From an uncultured Candidatus Rokubacteria bacterium (GTDB lineage: Bacteria > Methylomirabilota > Methylomirabilia > Rokubacteriales > CSP1-6): a stretch of DNA of 64,000 nucleotides. A program made the translations under genes and the position numbers. The notes beneath the pieces were generated by a model, which made no database searches, was not told where the DNA came from, and saw nothing but the letters and a program-made list of their open reading frames with translations. Position 1 is the first letter of the stretch. Each line of letters opens with the position of its first letter. Shown here one piece after another: positions 56,949 to 64,000 of the stretch. Location: contig CAVWWD010000007.1 in the NCBI GenBank assembly GCA_963758635.1, positions 352,001 to 416,000 of the forward strand. Direction: 5' to 3'.

Positions 56949-58631
56949 TCAACTCAACAGCGCGACGATGACCGGCCCCCACGCCGTCAGCAGGATGTTG
57001 CCCACCGCGTACGGGACCGTGTAGCCGAGTGCTGGCAGCTTGCTCTGGGACTCCTCCTGGAGCGCCCGCAGGGCGGCGGTGACCGTGCCCGCCCCCGAGC
57101 ACGCCCCCAGGAGGATGACCGGATTCATTCTTAGCACGTGCCGGCCGAAGAGGATCGCAAGGGTGTGGGGTAGCACGGCGACCACCAGGCCCACCAGGAG
57201 GAGACTGGGCCCCGACTTCTGGAGCCCGGCCACGAACGTGGGGCCTGCGGTGAGCCCCACCACCCCGATGAAGACGGTGAGCCCGACGGTGTCGAAGACC
57301 CACATGGCGGGCTCGGGGATGCGGCCGAAGGTGGGGCGTACGGCCCGGAGCCAGCCGAAGACCAGGCCCATGATGAGGGCACCACCGCTGGCGGTCAGGG
57401 TGATCGGCACGCCGCCGACCACCAGCGTGAGCAGGCCGACGAGCCCGCCGAGGAAGATACCGAGGCCCACGAAGACCATGTCGGTACTCACCGTGGGCCG
57501 GTCCGCGTAGCCGACCTCCTTCGCCGCCCGCTCGACGTCGCTCCGGGCGCCGATCAGGTTCAGCACGTCGCCGCGCTCGACGCGGGTCTCGGCGGTGAAC
57601 GGCATCTCCTCGCCGAGGCGCACGAGCTTCCGGAGGAAAACGCCGTGCGCGGCCTCGAGGGCGGCCAGCTCGCGGATGGACTTCCCCGCCATCGCCTTGT
57701 TCGTGACCACCACGTCGAGGACCTCGGCCGGGTAGTCGAGCAGGTCCTTGTCCTCCACCTCGGGCCCGATCACGGTGCCCCGGCCCATGAGGATCTCGCT
57801 GCGGGCCATGACCGCGATCACGTCGTCCTTCTCGATGACGGTGTCGGGCGTGGGCTCGAGGATGGCCCGCCCGCGGCGGATGCGCGAGATGAACACGCGC
57901 GTGTCCCGGGGGAGCGCCTCGAGCTGGGCCACCGTCTTGCCGATGAGCCGATCGCTGGTGACGCGGTAGGCGCGGACGGCGAAGCTCTCGAAGGCGGACT
58001 GCACGCCCGGCTCGTGCTCCTCGCCGCCCGCCATCTGGCCCTGGAGCTTCCGGGCCTCGTCGCGGAGGTTCACGCCCATCAGCCGCGGACCCATGGCGGG
58101 CAGGAACCACACGATGAACGCGGTGCCGATGAGGTACGTGCACGCGTATGCCACCGGGATGTTGTTGATCAGCGCCGTCTTCTCCGCGGCCGGGAGCTCG
58201 AGGCGGTTGATGGCGTCGGCGGCGGTGCCGATGACCGTGGACTCCGTGAAGGCCCCGGCGAGGAGCCCGGCCGCCGTGCCCACGTCGTAGCCCATGATCT
58301 TCGACGCCGCCACGGCGCAGAGGAGGCAGGTCACGCACAGCACCACGGTGATGGCGAGCTGGGGCAGCGCGTCCTTCTTCAGGCCCCGGAAGAACTGGGG
58401 CCCCACCTTGTACCCGGTGGTGAACAGGAACAGGTCGAAGAACACGGTCTTCACCAGCCCCGGCACCTTGATGTCGAGCTGGCCGATGAGCACGCCGGCG
58501 AGCAGCGTGCCCACCACCGTGCCGAGGCTGAACGTGCCGATGCGGACGCGCCCGATGGCGAATCCCACGGCCAGCGTCAGGAAGATGGCCAGCTCCGGGT
58601 TCTGGCGGAGGGCGCTGACGAGGTAGTCCAT
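56949..58631 (-). CDS. aspT: aspartate:alanine antiporter (AspT/YidE family)
   Basis: PELAIFL, GYKVGPQFF, two TrkA-C-like domains, PTFGRIP, PALGYTVPYAVGN. Confidence 0.92.
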   Translation of the reverse strand: MDYLVSALRQNPELAIFLTLAVGFAIGRVRIGTFSLGTVVGTLLAGVLIGQLDIKVPGLVKTVFFDLFLFTTGYKVGPQFFRGLKKDALPQLAITVVLCVTCLLCAVAASKIMGYDVGTAAGLLAGAFTESTVIGTAADAINRLELPAAEKTALINNIPVAYACTYLIGTAFIVWFLPAMGPRLMGVNLRDEARKLQGQMAGGEEHEPGVQSAFESFAVRAYRVTSDRLIGKTVAQLEALPRDTRVFISRIRRGRAILEPTPDTVIEKDDVIAVMARSEILMGRGTVIGPEVEDKDLLDYPAEVLDVVVTNKAMAGKSIRELAALEAAHGVFLRKLVRLGEEMPFTAETRVERGDVLNLIGARSDVERAAKEVGYADRPTVSTDMVFVGLGIFLGGLVGLLTLVVGGVPITLTASGGALIMGLVFGWLRAVRPTFGRIPEPAMWVFDTVGLTVFIGVVGLTAGPTFVAGLQKSGPSLLLVGLVVAVLPHTLAILFGRHVLRMNPVILLGACSGAGTVTAALRALQEESQSKLPALGYTVPYAVGNILLTAWGPVIVALLS

Positions 58632-58649
58632 CTCGCGGGCTCCTGCGCC

Positions 58650-60261
58650 CTATTTCTTCGGGGCGCGCTTCGAGGCCTCGAAGGCGTCGCGGTAGCCGCG
58701 CGCGATCGCGCGCACGCCGCGCCCGATGTCGTCGTAGACGTCGTCGGGCAGGTTGGCGAGCGACACGCGCAGCGACCAGTCGGGCGCGTCGAACCCGCCG
58801 CCGTTCAGGAGCACGATCCCGTGCTGCTCGGCGAGCCGGAAGGCCAGGTCGAGCGGGTGGACGTTCTTCTTCAGATACTCCACCGCCTCATCGCCGAGGT
58901 TCTTCCGGGCGAAGAACTCGAAGTCGATCAGCCCGTAGTAGGCGTCGAAGAGCGGGTTGGACGGGGCCTCGATGCCGAGACCCTCGGCCATGGCCCGCGC
59001 GCGCTGGTGGACGATCTCCATGCAGGCCGTCTGGTAACGCTTCTCGACGTCCATCAGCTCGGCGAGGGAGAACAGGCTCATCATCACCTGTTGCGGCAGG
59101 GACAGCCCGGCGGTGTGGTTCAGGCCCACGTCGCGGCTGTCCGCCACGATACGGTCGATGAACTTGAGCTTCCGCGGCTCGAGCATGAGGTGGCCGTAGC
59201 GCTTGTCGAGGGCCTGGAGGGTCGTGCCCGTGTGCTTGGCGATCATCTCGTCGAAGATGTTGTTCTCGTGCAGCGCGATGACCCCCAGCCGCCAGCCCGT
59301 GCAGCCGAAGTACTTCGAGTACGAGTAGACGCCCAGGGTGTTCCGGGGCAGCTCGCCGAGGAGCGAGCGGAAGCCGTGGACGAACGTCCCGTAGACGTCG
59401 TCGGTGAGGAGCATCAGGTCCGGGCGCTTGGTCTTCACCAGCGTGGCGATCTTGCCGATCGTCTCCTTGCTCAGCGCGACGCCGGTGGGGTTGCCGGGGT
59501 TGACGAGGAAGAACGCCTTGATCTTCGGGTCTTCGAGCTTCCGGAGCTCGGCGTCGGTGAACTGGAAGCCGTTCTCCTGCGGCGCCGCGATGTTGACCAC
59601 GTTGAGCGCGTAGTCCTCGAGATGCGTCATCTCGATGTAGGGCGTGAAGATGGGGGTGCCCAGCGCGATGGTGTCCCCCGGCTGGAGCAGCCGATTGGCC
59701 TTGAGGGACTTGAAGAGGTAGCACATCGCCGCGGTGCCGCCCTCGACCGCGTAGAGGTCGAACTTGCCGGCGGGCCGCGGGCTCCCGCACATCGCCCACA
59801 TCAGGTACTCGTGCACGATGCGCTCGTTGTGGACGAGCATGCGGTCGGGGACGGGGTAGTTGTCGCCGATGATGGAGTCCACGAGCTCGTGGACGAAGGC
59901 ATCCGCCTCGAACGTGAAGGTCTTCACCGCGAACGCCACCATCTTGCCGAGGAACGCCGCTCCCGGCGTCATCCGCGTGCTTCCCCAGCCACGCCGTGAG
60001 GCGCGCGGCGATGCCCTGGGCCGCGGGCATGCCGGCGAGCCCGGCGGGATGCTCCATCACCCGCCGGCTCTCGGTCAGCGCGAACTGGCCGAGGAGGAAG
60101 AAGCCCTCCCGAGGCTCGGTGGCGATCCAGTTCGGGTTGCCGCGGCCGGCGTTGAGGAACGCGGACTGCGTGGTCTTGGACGTCTTCTTGGCGAGCCTGG
60201 CGAGCTCGTCCTTGATCTCGAACGGGCCCATCTTCTCGAACACCTTCAGGTCGATGGTCAT
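58650..60261 (-). CDS. aspD: aspartate 4-decarboxylase, frameshift near 59970
   Basis: PFEIKD, LNAGRGNPNW, EGGTAAM, TDDVY, YSYSKYFG.TGWRLG, HTAGLS.PQQ. Confidence 0.93.
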
Positions 60262-60293
60262 GGTTGGCTCCCTCGATCGGGTCAGGGTGGCGT

Positions 60294-61984
60294 TCAGGCC
60301 AGGAGCATGATGAGGACCATGCCCCAGATGGTGAGCAGCGTGTTGCCGACGGCGTAGGTCACGGTGTAACCGAGCGCGGGCACCTGGCTCTGGGCGCGAT
60401 CGCACACCAGGCCGAGCGAGGCCGTGGTCGTGCGCGAGCCGGAAAGGATGCCCAGGATGAGCGCGTCGTGGAAGCGGAAGACGTACTTCGCGACGTAGAG
60501 GCCGAGGATCAGCGGCACCGTGGTCGCCACGGCTCCCCACAGGAACAGGCTCAACCCCTGTGTCTTCAGGCCGTTGACGAAGCCCGGGCCGGCGGAGATG
60601 CCGACGATCGCGATGAAGATGTTGAGGCCGACGGAGTTCATGAACCACACGGTGGACGACGGGATGCGCCCGAAGTACGGACGCGTCGAGCGCAGCCAGC
60701 CGAACACGATGCCCGCGATCAGGGCGCCGCCCGCGGTCGAGAGGGTGATGGGGACACCGGCGACCTTCCAGACGAGCGCGCCGACGAGCGCGCCGAGCGT
60801 GATCGCCCCGCCGATGAACGCCACGTCCGCGACGTCGGTGGGCCGATCGAGCACGCCCAGCATCTTGGCCGCGGCCGTGGTGTCCTGGGTGCGGCCGACG
60901 AGCGTCAGGATATCGCCCCGCTGGATCGTCGTGTTGGGCAGCACCGGAATGCTGGTGGCGGTCGCGCCCCGCGTGATGCCGCGCAGGAAGACGCCGCGGG
61001 CGGCGGGCCGGCTGGCCAGCTCGGCCAGCGTCTTGCCGTCGACCTCCTTGCTCGTCACGTAGACGTCGACGCCTTCGATGGGCACGTTCAGGAGCTCCGC
61101 GTCGTCGATCTCCTTGCCCCCTGCCCGACCAGGGACACGAGCACCTCGCGCGGGCCGGAGACCGCGATCACGTCTCCCTCGCGCAACACGGTGTCCGCGG
61201 TGGCGTCCTCGATCACCCCGTTGCGGCGGATCCGCTCGACGAACACGCGCGCGTCGGGCACGAGCGCCTCCGCCTCGGCCGCGCGCAGGCCGACGGCCTT
61301 CCCGCCCGCCTGCACCCGGAAGGCGCGCAGCTCCCAGCGGTGCCACGCCGAGCCCGCGCCGCCCATCGCCTTGGCCCCGCCCTGCTTCGCCTCGTAGTCC
61401 TTGCACGCGGCGACCAGGTCGATGCGGAGGAGCGCGGGGCAGATGAGCGCGATCACGATGGCGGAGCCGACGGTGCCGAACATGTACGTCACCGCGTAGG
61501 CGACGGGCATGTTGTCCAGCAGCGCCTTGGTCTGGTCCGCGGCCAGGCCGAGCCGGTTGATCGCGTCGGTCGAGAGGCCCATCGCCGCCGAGATCGTCTG
61601 CGATCCCGAGTAGAGCCCCGCCGCGTAGCCGAGGTCGTAGCCCGCGAGCTTGGCGATCACCACGGGCACCACCAGGCAGAACACGCACTGGACGGCGGAG
61701 AAGATGGCCTGGGGCAGCCCGTCCTTGGCCACGCCGCGGACGAACTGGGGGCCGACCCCGTAGCCGACGGCGAACAGGAACAGGAGGAAGACCGTGGCCT
61801 TCAGCGGCTGCGAGATCGTGATCCCGATCTGGCCGATGAGCACGCCGGCGAGCAGCGTCGCGGTCACGGACCCGAGCCCGATCCCGCGGAAGGTGAACTT
61901 GCCGAAGTAGTAGCCGAGGCCCAGCGCGAGGAAGATCGCGATCTCGGGGTAGGTGCGGAACGTCGCCGCGAACCACTCAAGCAT
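60294..61984 (-). CDS. aspT: aspartate:alanine antiporter paralog, frameshift near 61120
   Basis: [36 protein letters not shown]. Confidence 0.9.
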
Positions 61985-64000
61985 GGCGCCCTCCGTTGCC
62001 CTTGCGCGCGGACAGGGCGTCGGGCCGGAGCAGCTTGAGCCCGCGGCTCGCGTTGAACCCGTGGATCTCCTTGACGTCGAGCTTGCGCATGAAGCCGATG
62101 GTGCCGGCGTCGATGACCTGGCCCGGCACCATGATCGGGAACCCCGGCGGGTAGGGGATCACGAAGTTCGCCGAGACCAGCTCGGGCCCGCTCATGATCC
62201 GCTTGTCGATCTCGGGGCTGGCCAGCGGGATGTACTCGCAGCCCGCCTCGTCGTAGGCCGCGTAGAAGCCGCCGCGCATGTTGCCCTCGATGGTGGCGCC
62301 CGGCGGGGTCCTCGCGGAACGAGTCGTGGAACCGCGTGAAGTTCGGGAGGTCCGGCACGTCGTCCATGAGCGCGGCGACGCGGGCCCGGAACGATGGCGC
62401 GCTCCCCGTCGGCGCCGTGCGTCAGCTGCTCGTCGATCCCGCCCGCGATCTCCGCGAGCACCTTCACGAGGTGCGCCACGTCGGAGAGCGTGTTGTTGAT
62501 GTTGGTCTGCAGCAGCACGCTGTTGCGGGAGGTCTTGTTGAGCTGGATCTCGTACTTCGACGCGAGCAGGCCCTTGAACTGCGTGCCGTCGAAGCCGGCG
62601 GTGCCGCAGACCAGGGTGAGCCGGGTGGGATCCAGGCAGAACTCGTCCTGCTGGAGCGACTTCACGGCGTCCGCCCAGGTCAGCCCGGCCCGGAGGAAGC
62701 TGGCGAAGCCCGACGGGCGGTACTCGGCCGGGATCATGTCGTCGGCGTCCAGCACCCGGAAGTACTTCGAGATGACGGGGTGGCCGTTGACCGCCCGGCG
62801 GATGTCGAGCGCGAGCTGGATGGAGCGGGCGACCAGCTCGTAGCCCTCGAGCTCCATCTGCCGCCGCGCCACGTCGAGGGTGGCGATGATCTGCAGATTC
62901 GGCGACGTCGAGGCGTGGGTGAACACCGCCTCCTTGAACTGGGCCTCCACGTGGTGGAAGTCCACGTCGCGCACCAGCACCATCGACCCCTGGCGCAGGC
63001 TCGACATCGACTTGTGGGTCGAGTTGGTCTGGTACACGCGCAGCCGGACCTTCGCCGGATCGGGCACCAGGCGCGTGTCGAGGACACGCGCGTCCCCGGC
63101 GTCGAGGTCGCTCCCGAGCGTGCGCGCCTGGGCGGCGTAGGCCTCCGCCGCGGCCTCGGTCTTGAGCCACGCCTCGATGTCGGCGGCCGCGCCCATGGCG
63201 GTCCGCGGCCGCAGGAACGGCGAGAAGCGCGCGAAGCCGAACCACGCCTCGTCCCAGAGGAAGACCAGGTCCGGCTTGATCGCGAGCAGCTCCTCCATCA
63301 CCCGCCGCGTGTTGTAGACGTGGCCGTCGAAGGTGCAGTTGGTCAGGGTGACGAGGCGGACCCGGTCGAGCCGGCCCGCCGCCTTCAGGTCGAGCAGGGC
63401 CTTCTTCAGCGAGCGCAACGGGACGCCGCCGTACATCGAGTAGGCGGTCATCGGATACGCCTCGACGTAGTACGGCTGGGCGCCCGCCATCACCATGCCG
63501 TAGTGGTGCGACTTGTGGCAGTTGCGGTCGACGATGGCGATGTCGCCCGGCGCCAGCACCGCCTGCTCGACCATCTTGTTCGACGTGGACGTGCCGTTCG
63601 TGACGAAGAACACGCGATCGCAGCCGAACGCGCGGGCGGCCATGTCCTGGGCGCGCTTGATCGTGCCGGTGGGCTCGAGCAGCGAGTCGAGCCCGCCCGT
63701 GGTGGCCGAGGACTCGGCGAGGAACAGCGTCGGGCCGTAGAACTCGCCCATGTCGCGGATCCAGTTCGACTTGAAGATCGACTTGCCGCGGGCGATGGGC
63801 AGGGCGTGGAAGGTGCCGATCGGGCGCTGGGCGTAGCGCTTGAGGTTGTCGAAGTAGGGCGTCTCGAACCGCTCCGACACCCCCTCGATGGCGCTGAGGT
63901 GGATCTCCAGCGGCTCCTCGGCGCCGTAGAAGACGCGGCGGACGTGGCTCCTCACCGCGGGATCGCCCGCGACCTGGTCCACGTTGTTCCGGCTCAGCAG
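61977..64000 (-). CDS. Orn/Lys/Arg decarboxylase-family PLP enzyme (5' end outside the window; frameshifts near 62390 and 62310)
   Basis: [35 protein letters not shown] (PLP Lys), STSP, PYPPGFP. Confidence 0.9.
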   Translation of the reverse strand, partial: AEPEQRGPGRGRSRGEEPRPPRLLRRRGAAGDPPQRHRGGVGAVRDALLRQPQALRPAPDRHLPRPAHRPRQVDLQVELDPRHGRVLRPDAVPRRVLGHHGRARLAARAHRHDQARPGHGRPRVRLRSRVLRHERHVHVEQDGRAGGAGAGRHRHRRPQLPQVAPLRHGDGGRPAVLRRGVSDDRLLDVRRRPVALAEEGPARPEGGGPARPGPPRHPDQLHLRRPRLQHAAGDGGAARDQAGPGLPLGRGVVRLRALLAVPAAADRHGRGRRHRGVAQDRGRGGGLRRPGAHARERPRRRGRACPRHAPGARSGEGPAARVPDQLDPQVDVEPAPGVDGAGARRGLPPRGGPVQGGGVHPRLDVAESADHRHPRRGAAADGARGLRAGRPLHPARARHPPGGQRPPRHLEVLPGAGRRRHDPGRVPPVGLRQLPPGRADLGGRREVAPAGRVLPGSHPAHPGLRHRRLRRHAVQGPARVEVRDPAQQDLPQQRAAADQHQQHALRRGAPREGARGDRGRDRRAADARRRRGARHRSGPASPRSWTTCRTSRTSRGSTTRSARTPPGATIEGNMRGGFYAAYDEAGCEYIPLASPEIDKRIMSGPELVSANFVIPYPPGFPIMVPGQVIDAGTIGFMRKLDVKEIHGFNASRGLKLLRPDALSARKGNGGRHA

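Noticed and set aside
57645..59999. 784-aa plus-strand ORF and similar long antisense ORFs (29944-31788, 46394-48274, 50116-51801)
   Set aside because: They mirror well-supported minus-strand genes, have no motifs, and are expected from GC-rich codon bias

Overview
High-GC bacterial chromosomal window. The lineage may be Rokubacteria/Methylomirabilota; this is inferred from gene style only. Many genes carry single-base frameshifts that look like long-read indel errors. From left to right: (1) 1-12.5 kb is core-like, with a MATE pump and HxlR regulator, a TatA/B protein with an Ada-like Zn tail, lexA with a candidate novel SOS box, a GAF/HD-GYP protein, a CoA-transferase/KaiC-like/AlkZ-like operon, ABC substrate-binding proteins and a miniature sigma-54-driven PEP-CTERM gene. 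(2) tRNA-Gly(CCC) is followed by a tyrosine-integrase remnant and a decayed island of about 21 kb encoding envelope proteins (porins, lipoproteins, DUF2092, MscS, DUF3604-PPIase-HupE/UreJ) interspersed with gene scraps. (3) 5'-nucleotidase, epimerase, vapBC and two PilT/PilU ATPases with a cNMP-binding protein. (4) The main find is a minus-strand respiratory cluster: PAS-LuxR regulator, NapC/NirT (CymA-like) tetraheme cytochrome, MtrA/MtoA-type decaheme cytochrome, MtrB/PioB porin, monoheme cytochrome c, selenocysteine formate dehydrogenase (alpha, beta, NrfD/HybB anchor) and a diheme cytochrome. The genes from the decaheme to the diheme are tightly packed, which suggests a formate/CO2 to extracellular electron transfer system. 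(5) DUF3300/DUF2950 and an amino-acid decarboxylase cluster (Orn/Lys/Arg-type decarboxylase, aspT, aspD, aspT). No CRISPR array or rRNA was seen.
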